This document shows, piece by piece, positions 1-8,692 of a DNA stretch of 32,000 bases. How positions within the stretch are numbered: the first letter of the stretch is position 1; each line of letters opens with the position of its first letter. This DNA comes from Synechocystis sp. PCC 6803 substr. PCC-P. Lineage in GTDB: Bacteria; Cyanobacteriota; Cyanobacteriia; Cyanobacteriales; Microcystaceae. The DNA lies in the NCBI RefSeq assembly GCF_000284455.1, contig NC_017039.1, positions 3,000,001 to 3,032,000 of the forward strand. Reading direction: 5' to 3'. Below the pieces are notes generated by a model, which ran no database searches, had not been told where the DNA came from, and saw nothing but the letters and a program-made list of their open reading frames with translations. Both the position numbers and the translations under genes were made by a program.

Positions 1-1
1 T

Positions 2-625
2 CGGAGCGTTGAGGCCCAAACCATGGCAGTCCATGCCAAAGACGTCCTCGCCCAAGCGAAGGTAGTGGATGATTTGGCCACAGCCCTTGGCGATCGCCAG
101 CGCATCATTGCCACCAGTGCTAGGGAGCGAATATTGCAATCCCCCATGGAAACCCCCCGCCAAGCATTGCCTTGGTTGTTGGCTCCAAACCTCAAAAGCG
201 CCCTAGTATTTGGTCGGGAAGACAGTGGCCTAACCAATGAGGAACTCAACCAAGCCCACCGTTTTGTGCGGATCCCAGTCCATCCCCAATATCCCTCGTT
301 GAACCTTTCCCAAGCAGTGATGGTCTGTACTTATGAATTGTACCAAGCTAGCCTAGCCATGGAGACAAATAACCAAGTCCCTGGCGATCGCCTGGAGGAT
401 GGGTCAACCATGCCCTTGGCCACCAATGCTCAATTGGATAGTTACTGTCAGCACCTGGAGAAAACTTTGCTCAATATCGAAGTTTTATATCCCCATACTG
501 CCCGTAGTAAAATGGCGAAATTTCGCAGAATTTATCAGCGAGCCGCCCTAAACAGCGAAGAAGTGGCCCTATTGCGGGGAATTTTGGGCCAAATTGATTG
601 GTTAGCGCAACAAATTAAGCCTTAA
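2..625 (+). CDS. SpoU/TrmH-class (TrmJ-like) RNA 2'-O-methyltransferase, 5' end off-window
   Basis: The frame is open from nt 2, with no stop before the ATG at 23. 'IATSARER', 'ALVFGREDSGLTNEEL' and 'RIPVHPQYPSLNLSQAVMV' match SPOUT-knot motifs of TrmJ/TrmH. Residues encoded upstream of the ATG still look family-like, so the true start is probably upstream of the window. Confidence 0.8.
   Translation, partial: RSVEAQTMAVHAKDVLAQAKVVDDLATALGDRQRIIATSARERILQSPMETPRQALPWLLAPNLKSALVFGREDSGLTNEELNQAHRFVRIPVHPQYPSLNLSQAVMVCTYELYQASLAMETNNQVPGDRLEDGSTMPLATNAQLDSYCQHLEKTLLNIEVLYPHTARSKMAKFRRIYQRAALNSEEVALLRGILGQIDWLAQQIKP
90..97. repeat. HIP1 octamer GCGATCGC (first of 32 exact copies counted by eye)
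   Basis: Exact copies start at 90, 384, 1133, 1577, 2319, 3587, 4989, 6453, 6832, 7865, 9194, 9845, 11214, 12222, 13973, 14330, 17146, 18406, 19029, 20382, 20810, 21746, 21966, 23841, 25571, 26381, 27738, 28341, 28959, 30414, 31456 and 31615. About 0.5 copies are expected by chance in 32 kb. This is the highly iterated palindrome typical of many cyanobacteria. Confidence 0.95.
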
Positions 626-793
626 ATTAGTCATTCCGAGCAACCAAGGGGGGGATTGTGATGGCCTGGCCAATAAACTTTTGCCAAGTTCTTGTCCTGT
701 ATGGGTGCTTCGTTTTAGAGTGTTGAACTAATGGAAAGGCCGCCCTCCCTAACGACCGATCCTCCTCTGGGTTAATGCCCCTCCAGCCTCACC

Positions 794-2281
794 ATGATTA
801 CTTCCATGCCCCGCCGTCCTAAGTCTCGTCGCACCCAACGCCGTAATCTCCGGGTTATCTCCGGTACATCTACCCCCCCCACCGGCGTCACCATTGCTGA
901 GGTTGGGGAACAGGCCGGTGCTTCCACAGAAATAAACCAAGAGCAGTCAAACCAAAAGCCAGGGGAAACCAAGGTCAACCCCCTGAAGGTTGTTAGCGCC
1001 ACCGGGGTTAAATCCGTAGCCAAGGGTAAAAATGTCGGCCTACGGCCCCGCAAACCCAGTAAACCCCTCAGTTGGTGGCAAAAGAGTGTGTTGACCTCTG
1101 TTCGCCTTGGCATTGTGGGTATTGGCATCGGGGCGATCGCCGGTACGGCCATTACCACCTTCAGTCCCACTAAATTTATCCGGGGAGACCAGAATGGTGC
1201 CCCCTTGGCCACTGCGAAAGAACCCCATCAAACCCAGCCGGACCAGCCAGCTATTTACCCCCAAAAGGTGTTAGCTTCCATTGCGGGTTGGGTCACCACT
1301 GAAACCGATAAATTGCGGGGAACACCGGCAACGGCCACACCAGAAGCGACAGAAAGTCAGGAAACGACCGTGGCCACTGCCCCCAGTGCTGTCTCTGACC
1401 AGGTTCAGCCTACCCAAGAGGATCAGGCCCTAACCCAAAAATTAACTACCCTGGGCACTTCCAAAGCTCCGGCCATTAATTCCTACTCCTATTTCATTGA
1501 TGTGGATAACGGCCAGTTCGCCAATGCCAAGGGAGAAACCCAACTCCCCGCCGCCAGCACCATTAAAATTCCCGTGGCGATCGCCTTTTTTGAAGCAGTG
1601 GACCAGGGCAAAATTCAACTCCACGAAGAACTGCCCCTAACGCAAGATGTGATTGTGGGGGAAGCGGGAACTATGCAATATGACGTGGGCAAACGCTCCA
1701 GCTATCCAGCCTTGGAGGTGGTGACCAAAATGATTGTGATCAGCGATAACACCGCCACCAATATGTTAATCAAACGGCTGGGGGGTAAGGAATTTCTCAA
1801 CCAACGCTTCCAGGCTTGGCAGATGCCCCAAACGAAAATTAATAATTACCTGCCGGATTTAGAAGGTACCAACACCACCAGTCCCCAGGATCTAGCTTTA
1901 TTGCTGGTCAAACTCCAGGGAGGGGAATTGTTATCCCTTAAATCCCGTGATCGCCTGTTGGGGATCATGCAACAGACCAAAACCCGCACCCTTTTACCCC
2001 AGGGGTTGGAACCGGATGCCCAAATTGCCCATAAAACCGGCGACATTGGTACCGTCTTGGGGGATGCGGGCATAGTGGATATGCCCAATGGCAAACGCTA
2101 TGTGGGGGCCGTCTTGGCCACCAGACCCCATAACGATGTGGCGGGCCGTTTGCTAATTCAAGATATTTCTCGCACTGCTTACCAACACTACAAAGGTATT
2201 ACCCCTCCAGCTAGCAGTCCCGCCCAACCCCCGGCTAAGCAGGAAAGCCCTGCTACTGCTCCAGTGGAGCCGAGTAATTAA
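794..2281 (+). CDS. Membrane-anchored class-A beta-lactamase-like serine hydrolase
   Basis: 495-aa ORF with an ATG start. It has an Arg-rich N-terminus, one TM segment ('LGIVGIGIGAIAGTAITTF') and a Pro/Thr/Gln-rich linker. The catalytic motifs are S-x-x-K ('ASTIKIP'), SDN ('ISDNTATNML') and KTG ('HKTGDIG'), followed by a Pro-rich tail. Confidence 0.85.
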   Translation: MITSMPRRPKSRRTQRRNLRVISGTSTPPTGVTIAEVGEQAGASTEINQEQSNQKPGETKVNPLKVVSATGVKSVAKGKNVGLRPRKPSKPLSWWQKSVLTSVRLGIVGIGIGAIAGTAITTFSPTKFIRGDQNGAPLATAKEPHQTQPDQPAIYPQKVLASIAGWVTTETDKLRGTPATATPEATESQETTVATAPSAVSDQVQPTQEDQALTQKLTTLGTSKAPAINSYSYFIDVDNGQFANAKGETQLPAASTIKIPVAIAFFEAVDQGKIQLHEELPLTQDVIVGEAGTMQYDVGKRSSYPALEVVTKMIVISDNTATNMLIKRLGGKEFLNQRFQAWQMPQTKINNYLPDLEGTNTTSPQDLALLLVKLQGGELLSLKSRDRLLGIMQQTKTRTLLPQGLEPDAQIAHKTGDIGTVLGDAGIVDMPNGKRYVGAVLATRPHNDVAGRLLIQDISRTAYQHYKGITPPASSPAQPPAKQESPATAPVEPSN

Positions 2282-4468
2282 TCAAACTGAACGTAGTTCC
2301 GGGTCTTCCGTAGTTTCGGCGATCGCCTGGGCAGTGAAAATTGCCTGGGAACTCTGGCTTTGTTCCGGGGAAGCGGGACGGCGTTGCACATAGGTGCCAT
2401 CGGGCTGTAGCTCCCAAGCTTGACGATTATCGGCCAAAAGAATGCCCAAGATGGACTGTAATTCCTGTTTGAGATCCGGCTGTTCCACCGGCACCACCGC
2501 CTCCACCCGTCGGGTTAGATTACGACTCATCCAATCGGCACTGCCAATGTAAATTTCCTCTTCACCGCCATTGTGGAAATAGAAAATGCGGGAGTGCTCC
2601 AACAGACGACCAATTACACTGATTACCCGAATGTTTTCACTGACATTTTCCACCCCCGGTCGGAGGCAACAAATACCCCGCACAATCAGATCAATCTGCA
2701 CCCCCGCCTGGGAAGCTGCGTAGAGGGCACGAATGATCTGGGTATCTACCAGGGAATTCATCTTGGCCACAATGCGGCCGGTGCCCCCATTTAAACAATG
2801 GTCCGCTTCCCGCTCAATCATGGCCACCATTCTTTCCCGCATATTAACCGGAGCCACCAGCAATTTTTGGTAATCCTTTTGGCGGGAATAGCCGGTGAGA
2901 AAGTTAAATAAATTGGTCAGGTCATTGCCCAATTCCGGACGACAGGTAATCAACCCCAAATCGGTGTAGAGCTTAGCGGTTTTGGGATTGTAATTACCAG
3001 TACCAATGTGAACGTAACGACGGATATCAGGGCCTTCCTGGCGCACCACGAGGACGGTTTTAGTGTGGGTTTTTAGCCCCACCAGTCCATAGACCACATG
3101 GACGCCGTACTGTTCTAGCTTTCTAGCCCAGTTAATGTTATTTTCTTCATCAAAACGGGCCTTGAGTTCCACCAACACCGCCACCTGTTTGCCATTTTCC
3201 GCCGCCGCAATCAGAGCGTTAACAATGGGGGAATCCCCCGAAGTGCGGTACAGGGTCATTTTAATGGTCAATACATGGGGATCGTAGGCCGCCTGGGTAA
3301 TAAATTGTTGCACCGAAGCGGTGAAGGATTGGTAGGGATGGTGAACTAAAATATCTCCCTGGCGAATCAGAGTAAAAATATCTATCCCCTCCTGCTGGAC
3401 CCGGCCGTCTTCGTCCCCATCGACAAATTCATAGACATGCTTCAGGCGGGGAGGAATAACCGAAGCCCAGGGTTCGTCCTTGAGGTGGGGAGCAGGTAAA
3501 GAAAGGAAAAAGAACAGATCCTTCAGCCCCAACAGGCCGTCAATGTCATAAACGTCAATTTCTTCTAGCCCTAGATCCGTCATCAGGCGATCGCGAATAT
3601 TTTTCGGAGTTGAAGCATTGATCTCCAAGCGCACAGCGGATTTCCCCACCCTACGTTTACGCAATTCCTCTTCGATCGCCAGGAGTAGATCATCAGCCTC
3701 GTCTTCTTCCACTGCAATGTCTGCGTTACGGGTCACCCGAAATAAATGACATTCCTGGATGATCATGCCGGGAAAAAGGGAAGCTAAATTGTGGGCGATG
3801 ACCTGCTCCAGGGGCACACCGGTCCAGAGCCATGGTTTGTTGGGGTCTGGCTGACACACGTCCTCCGGCAAAGCCACAAAGCGGGGCAGAGTGGGGGGCA
3901 CTTTTACCCTGGCAAATAATTCTTCATCCGTATCCGGGTCTCGCACCACCACCCCCAAATTAAGACTAAGGTTGGAAATGTAGGGAAAAGGATGGCTGGG
4001 GTCCACCGCCAGGGGAGTTAAAACCGGGAAAATATGGTCATCATAGAATTGATGCAAATACTGTCTTTCTTCTTGGCTTAGATCTACATAATCGTTGAGG
4101 AAAATGCCCTCATCCGCTAATTTTTCCTTGAGCACATACTCAAACACCTGGTTTTGTTGATATACCAAAGGCCGCAGACTTTTGCTAATTTCTTTAAGCT
4201 GTTGGGATGGAGTACGACCATCCGCAGTCAACTTGGTGACATTCGCTTCTACCTGTTGCTTGAGCCCCGCCACCCTGACCATAAAAAATTCATCTAGGTT
4301 GGAGCAAAAAATCGCCAAAAACTTTAACCGTTCCAACAAGGGGGTACGGTCGTCTAAACCTTCATGGAGCACCCGCTGATTAAAGGCTAACCAACTCAAT
4401 TCTCGATTGAAATAGTAAGCAGGATCTTTAAAGTCAACGGTGGGAGCAGAGGGCATAGCTTGGATCAT
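2282..4468 (-). CDS. ppk: Polyphosphate kinase 1
   Basis: 728 aa. The N-terminus 'YYFNRELSWLAFNQRVLHE' and the phospho-His region 'GLKTHTKTVLVV' match PPK1. Length and PLD-like C-terminal domains are typical of the family. Confidence 0.95.
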   Translation of the reverse strand: MIQAMPSAPTVDFKDPAYYFNRELSWLAFNQRVLHEGLDDRTPLLERLKFLAIFCSNLDEFFMVRVAGLKQQVEANVTKLTADGRTPSQQLKEISKSLRPLVYQQNQVFEYVLKEKLADEGIFLNDYVDLSQEERQYLHQFYDDHIFPVLTPLAVDPSHPFPYISNLSLNLGVVVRDPDTDEELFARVKVPPTLPRFVALPEDVCQPDPNKPWLWTGVPLEQVIAHNLASLFPGMIIQECHLFRVTRNADIAVEEDEADDLLLAIEEELRKRRVGKSAVRLEINASTPKNIRDRLMTDLGLEEIDVYDIDGLLGLKDLFFFLSLPAPHLKDEPWASVIPPRLKHVYEFVDGDEDGRVQQEGIDIFTLIRQGDILVHHPYQSFTASVQQFITQAAYDPHVLTIKMTLYRTSGDSPIVNALIAAAENGKQVAVLVELKARFDEENNINWARKLEQYGVHVVYGLVGLKTHTKTVLVVRQEGPDIRRYVHIGTGNYNPKTAKLYTDLGLITCRPELGNDLTNLFNFLTGYSRQKDYQKLLVAPVNMRERMVAMIEREADHCLNGGTGRIVAKMNSLVDTQIIRALYAASQAGVQIDLIVRGICCLRPGVENVSENIRVISVIGRLLEHSRIFYFHNGGEEEIYIGSADWMSRNLTRRVEAVVPVEQPDLKQELQSILGILLADNRQAWELQPDGTYVQRRPASPEQSQSSQAIFTAQAIAETTEDPELRSV

Positions 4469-4636
4469 GGGGGCAGGACACCAATGGCATAGGGATAGGC
4501 GATCAGGTTGATCTTACCCCAGCTTAACCTGACGAAAATTATGGCCAGTTTAAGGACGGTAAAAAACGAAATTAGCTGGAAAAAGTAGCAGATGGGGAGC
4601 AAGGGACATTGAAGTGATCCTTCGCATATATTTCCC

Positions 4637-4831
4637 ATGGAAAATATAAACTATGAGCGGCTTTTGGATATAGATGGCTACTACAAAGAAAATCTGGAAT
4701 TGATTGAGTCCCTAAAAAACAATAGACAGAACATAGGCGAGATTGAATTGCAGGGAGTTTTTAATCAAACGTTCAAATACAGAAAACAGCCAGATAAAGT
4801 TGGTACTGGTGCAACCGTCAATCACAGTTAG
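4637..4831 (+). CDS. Hypothetical 64-aa ORF (weak)
   Basis: This is the only ORF in the 408-bp ppk/min intergenic gap. No recognisable motif or obvious ribosome-binding site. Confidence 0.2.
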   Translation: MENINYERLLDIDGYYKENLELIESLKNNRQNIGEIELQGVFNQTFKYRKQPDKVGTGATVNHS

Positions 4832-4876
4832 CAGAGCAAAAGACTGGTGCAGTCCATATTTCCCAGCAAAAAAACA

Positions 4877-5104
4877 CTAATTGCCCAAATTTTTCTGGGA
4901 TTTGAGCACAATGGCTGCCACCAAAGCTGGAGTGCCACCGATTAAACCGATCGCCAACCAACGACGGAAATTACGACCCTTCCCATAGGCGATCGCCGTG
5001 GCGGTGAGTCCCAGTAAACAATGGGCCGTACCGAGGATAATAACCTGGGTGACAATGGGTAAATTGGTTAACTTTGTTAGGGCATCAGTATTTGTCAAGA
5101 CCAA
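4877..5104 (-). CDS. Small two-TM membrane protein trailing minE
   Basis: 75 aa with two clear hydrophobic helices ('IVTQVIILGTAHCLLGLTATAIAY', 'WLAIGLIGGTPALVAAIVL'). The only available start is TTG at 5104, 3 nt after the minE stop codon (5108-5110). The ORF has no internal Met. Confidence 0.45.
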   Translation of the reverse strand: MVLTNTDALTKLTNLPIVTQVIILGTAHCLLGLTATAIAYGKGRNFRRWLAIGLIGGTPALVAAIVLKSQKNLGN

Positions 5105-5107
5105 CCC

Positions 5108-5401
5108 CTAACTTTCTTGTGCTTCTGATTTAGCTTTGGTTCGACGTACCCGACGCACCGGCAAATTGGCAATTAAAGCTGTCATCCGTTGGTCACTTTC
5201 CAAGGAAAACTCCATCTCTCCGGGGTCAATTTCCACATAGCGACTTACCACCTCCACGATTTCCCGTCGCATTTCCTCCATCATTTCCGGGCTTAGCCCT
5301 GATCGATCATTGGCGATGACCAGTTTGAGCCTCCGACGGGCATCTTCGCCGCTATTTTTGCCACTCCGGCTAAAGAGCCTTTCAATCAATTCCAAAATCA
5401 T
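5108..5401 (-). CDS. minE: Cell-division topological specificity factor MinE
   Basis: 97 aa. The N-terminus 'MILELIERLFSR', 'RRRLKLVIANDR' and 'ALIANLPV' are typical of MinE. It lies downstream of minD. Confidence 0.93.
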   Translation of the reverse strand: MILELIERLFSRSGKNSGEDARRRLKLVIANDRSGLSPEMMEEMRREIVEVVSRYVEIDPGEMEFSLESDQRMTALIANLPVRRVRRTKAKSEAQES

Positions 5402-5458
5402 GCTGGTTTTCGCTCACTGGCTGTTAGGTCATAACGGAAAAAGGGCAAATCCATGGGA

Positions 5459-6259
5459 TTAACCCCCCAAGAGACGACGGCGGATACGGTTGAGTAGGGT
5501 ATTGTGGGCCGCCATGAAATCCAGAAAAGGAATGTCTTGACCTTCTAGGCGACGGGCAATGTTTTGGAACGCTAACCCCGGTACAGAAAGCTTTTCTTCC
5601 ATCACTAAAGGTTCCCCTTTGTTGGTGGAAATAATAATTTTTTGATCGTCTGGCAAAATGCCAATGAGCGGCACCGCTAAAAGGTCTAAAATGTCCTCCA
5701 CACTAATCATTTGATTGAGTTGTACCATCTCTGGTCGCAGGCGGTTAACAATCAAGCTAATTTTGCCGATGTCTTCCGCTTCCAAAAGACCAATTACCCG
5801 GTCTGCATCCCGCACCGCCGACATCTCTGGAGTGGTGACAATGATTGCTTCCTGGGCCGGAGCCACGGCATTGCGAAAACCAGCTTCAATACCAGCGGGA
5901 CAGTCGATGATAATGTAGTCAAACTTATCTTTGAGTTGTTCCACCAAAGACTGCATTTGTTCAGCATTGATGGCATCCTTTGACCGGTTTTGGGCGGCAG
6001 GGAGCAGGACTAAATTGGGCAGACGCTTATCTTTTACTAGGGCTTTGTCGATGGTACATTCATCAGCTAAAACGTCGATAGCGGTGTAAACAATACGTTG
6101 TTCCAAACCCAGCAATAAATCCAGATTTCGCAGGCCAAAGTCCGCATCAATCAGGACAACCTTTTTTCCCAATCGAGCTAGGGCCGCTCCTAAATTGGCG
6201 GTGGTGGTGGTTTTTCCGACTCCACCTTTGCCCGAAGTGACAACAATAATCCGATTCAT
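5459..6259 (-). CDS. minD: Septum site-determining ATPase MinD
   Basis: 266 aa with the deviant Walker A 'SGKGGVGKTTTTANLG'. It has a C-terminal amphipathic membrane-targeting helix 'LLNRIRRRLLGG'. Confidence 0.96.
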   Translation of the reverse strand: MNRIIVVTSGKGGVGKTTTTANLGAALARLGKKVVLIDADFGLRNLDLLLGLEQRIVYTAIDVLADECTIDKALVKDKRLPNLVLLPAAQNRSKDAINAEQMQSLVEQLKDKFDYIIIDCPAGIEAGFRNAVAPAQEAIIVTTPEMSAVRDADRVIGLLEAEDIGKISLIVNRLRPEMVQLNQMISVEDILDLLAVPLIGILPDDQKIIISTNKGEPLVMEEKLSVPGLAFQNIARRLEGQDIPFLDFMAAHNTLLNRIRRRLLGG

Positions 6260-6335
6260 AGTTGGCTGATAACGTGCGGTAATAACTTGGACTCGAAACT
6301 GTTAGCGGGCAGTTAGTGAGTAAGGGGTAAGGATT

Positions 6336-7079
6336 TTATAGCAGAGCAGAACGCTGAAACTGACGCACCGGGGTCAGACGGATACCTTCTGAAGTAATAT
6401 AAGCGATTTCGGGCTCACGGCGATCAACGGCATCGGCCCCTACCCTAGCTAGGCGATCGCCAATGCGGATCTGACAGGCGGCCAACCGCAGAATCATAAT
6501 AACAGCCTGGTCATTGCCTTTGGCACCGGCATGGGCCATACCCCGCAAACATCCCCAAATAAGGATGTCACCGTCGGCCACAATGCTACTGCCCGGATTG
6601 ACATCGCCAATGATGACTACATCTCCTCCATGGCGAATTTCCCCCCCAGAACGGAGGGTATGGCGTACCACTAACGGTTTGGGGAGAGAAGGGGTCTCGG
6701 AAGGATCCACCAGGGGCTTGTCGGCCATGGTTTGATCCACGGAAAGGCCGGCACTGGCGGCGGCCACAGCGGTTTGACGACGGTTGGTTTCCACCCACTG
6801 CAAGGTCAGGTTCTGTTCCTTCAGGCCAGCGGCGATCGCCTGGAGTTGTCTAGCATCCAACAGTTGATTATTCACCGCTAACCGCACTAGGGTCTGGTCT
6901 TGCCATCGCCCCGCCATAATACGCAGATAATTACCCAAGCTTTGTTCCAGTTGTTGATGGGAAAACACCAGGCTAGGGGAGTCGGGAGCCGTCGTTACCG
7001 TCGGGAGAGTTAGGGATAATCGGACAAAGTTTCCCTGGGGGACTAATTGCCACTCAGGATGGGGTGTGTCGTCACTCAT
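6336..7079 (-). CDS. minC: Septum site-determining protein MinC
   Basis: The C-terminal beta-helix 'GGDVVIIGDVNPGSSIVADGDILIWGCLRGMAHAG' is typical of MinC. It lies upstream of minD on the same strand. The ORF track opens at a TTG (7082). I prefer the adjacent ATG at 7079. Confidence 0.9.
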   Translation of the reverse strand: MSDDTPHPEWQLVPQGNFVRLSLTLPTVTTAPDSPSLVFSHQQLEQSLGNYLRIMAGRWQDQTLVRLAVNNQLLDARQLQAIAAGLKEQNLTLQWVETNRRQTAVAAASAGLSVDQTMADKPLVDPSETPSLPKPLVVRHTLRSGGEIRHGGDVVIIGDVNPGSSIVADGDILIWGCLRGMAHAGAKGNDQAVIMILRLAACQIRIGDRLARVGADAVDRREPEIAYITSEGIRLTPVRQFQRSALL

Positions 7080-7290
7080 CAAAAAAATTTAGAATTTTGC
7101 CGTAGGATCGCCCTTTACCTTAGCACTTCACTTTCCCCGACCGTCCTCCTCCCAGGGGGTCAATTCGAGCTGGGGTGGAGATTTTTTGCCCTGGGGCCGG
7201 GAGGGTTAGGAAAGACAAATTTTTCGCTACGATTGAAGAGAATCCTGCCATACTCCGCTGTGGTATTTAACATTAATCCCTACATTATTT

Positions 7291-7923
7291 ATGGCTGTCT
7301 GTCCCACCTGTAATCACACCAATCCAGAAGGGGCCATCCAGTGTGAGGCCTGCTTTACCCCCCTGCCCACTCTGATGCCTTGTCCCCACTGTGGCAGCTC
7401 CGTGCAAAGTGATGCTACTTTTTGCGGCAACTGTGGACAGACCATTGATCCCCAACAATTAGTAGTAAGTGCTCCGGAGGAAGAAGAGGTCCCCATCCCG
7501 ATCGCCGTAGCTCCAGAAAGTGCTGAACCCATTCCGGCCATTCCCGAAGTTTCCTCCACACCGGCCCCATTTCCCGTGGGCACCCAACTCCAATCCCAGG
7601 GAGCTTCCCTTGTCCATGTGCAGACCCAAACCACGTTGGAAATTCCTGCCGGCCTAACGGTAATCCACCTAGGAAAACCCAACGATAAGGTACCACCAGA
7701 CATCGATGTATCGGGTTTTGCCAATTCCGATGTGGTGTCTAGGGTCCATGCCGATATCCGTCTGGAAGGCAATGAGTATTTCTTGGAAGATGTGGGCAGT
7801 GCCAATGGCACCTACGTTAACCACACGGCCCTCCTCCCAGGCAACCGTCATTTACTGCGTCCCGGCGATCGCCTTGCTTTGGGCAAAGGGGATTTGGTCA
7901 CATTTATATTTCAGTTGCATTAG
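7291..7923 (+). CDS. FraH-like protein: N-terminal double zinc ribbon, Pro/Glu-rich linker, C-terminal FHA domain
   Basis: The N-terminus carries 'CPTCNHTN..CEAC..CPHCGSSV..CGNCG' (4 x CxxC). The C-terminus 'SRVHADIRLEGNEYFLEDVGSANGTYVNHTAL..LRPGDRLALG' is a typical FHA fold signature. This architecture matches Anabaena FraH as I recall it. Confidence 0.85.
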   Translation: MAVCPTCNHTNPEGAIQCEACFTPLPTLMPCPHCGSSVQSDATFCGNCGQTIDPQQLVVSAPEEEEVPIPIAVAPESAEPIPAIPEVSSTPAPFPVGTQLQSQGASLVHVQTQTTLEIPAGLTVIHLGKPNDKVPPDIDVSGFANSDVVSRVHADIRLEGNEYFLEDVGSANGTYVNHTALLPGNRHLLRPGDRLALGKGDLVTFIFQLH

Positions 7924-7984
7924 GTTGCCCCCAACTTTGCTCAGGAATTAAATCCACCATTGAATATTGAGATCCCCTAGGCGC

Positions 7985-8692
7985 ATGGAAATTCCCGTCC
8001 GCTATCAACCCCGCCTTTTAACTCCGGAGGAAAGGGCAGGTTATCTAGATTGGTCTTTGGATTTTTTTACCGACGATCGCCTATTGCAAATTCCCTACAT
8101 TGATTTGACGTTGCAATTGGATGTGACCAATGCCTATGGAGTTTACCAACAACAAAAGGACAGCCCAGGCAGTTTTTTTGCTTTTTTGCTCTGGCATTGG
8201 ATGCAATGTTTGCAAAACCATTGGGAATTTCGGCTCCGCTATTACAATCAACAATGGTATGTGTTGGATAATCCGCCGGCCATGGTCAGCGTGGCGATCG
8301 GGGGCAAAGAACGTTTTTCCGAAATGCTATTGGAGAATGTCTCCCAACTTAGCTATGGGGATTTTGCTCAACTTTACAGTGAGAAATTAGCCCAAATTCG
8401 GGCAGGAAACTACGAGAGAGCTGAATATAACACCTTCTGTTTAGCTTGTATTTTTGGTAATTTACCCAACTTAAAATTTACGACTTTGAGTGTACACTAT
8501 CGCAGAGAAAAAATCCAAGGACAACCCTGGTTTTACTTCGGGCAACGCTACTGGCAGGATGGCAAATTATTAATTCCCCTTTGTTTTAAAATTCACCATG
8601 CGAATGCAGACCCCTTTGTGCTTGATCAACTAATCAGCCAATTCCAAACTCTTTTTTCTCCTATGCCATGTATTCCACCATCCTCAAGCTAA
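7985..8692 (+). CDS. Chloramphenicol-acetyltransferase-like (CAT-fold) acyltransferase
   Basis: The C-terminal 'KIHHANADPFVLDQL' parallels the CAT catalytic 'HHAVCDGFH' block, and length and layout are CAT-like. The track starts the ORF at TTG 7967. The first ATG is at 7985. Confidence 0.65.
   Translation: MEIPVRYQPRLLTPEERAGYLDWSLDFFTDDRLLQIPYIDLTLQLDVTNAYGVYQQQKDSPGSFFAFLLWHWMQCLQNHWEFRLRYYNQQWYVLDNPPAMVSVAIGGKERFSEMLLENVSQLSYGDFAQLYSEKLAQIRAGNYERAEYNTFCLACIFGNLPNLKFTTLSVHYRREKIQGQPWFYFGQRYWQDGKLLIPLCFKIHHANADPFVLDQLISQFQTLFSPMPCIPPSSS

Noticed and set aside
749-1264. Several antisense or overlapping ORFs (749-940, 772-1212, 1040-1264). Similar ones lie inside ppk, minD, minC, the FHA gene, ppsA, the GGDEF gene, the 5'-nucleotidase gene, the HerA-like gene and the rSAM gene.
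   Set aside because: All lie inside or opposite long ORFs with clear family motifs. They have Arg/Gly/Pro- or Ser/Leu-biased composition typical of shadow frames, and none shows a recognisable domain.
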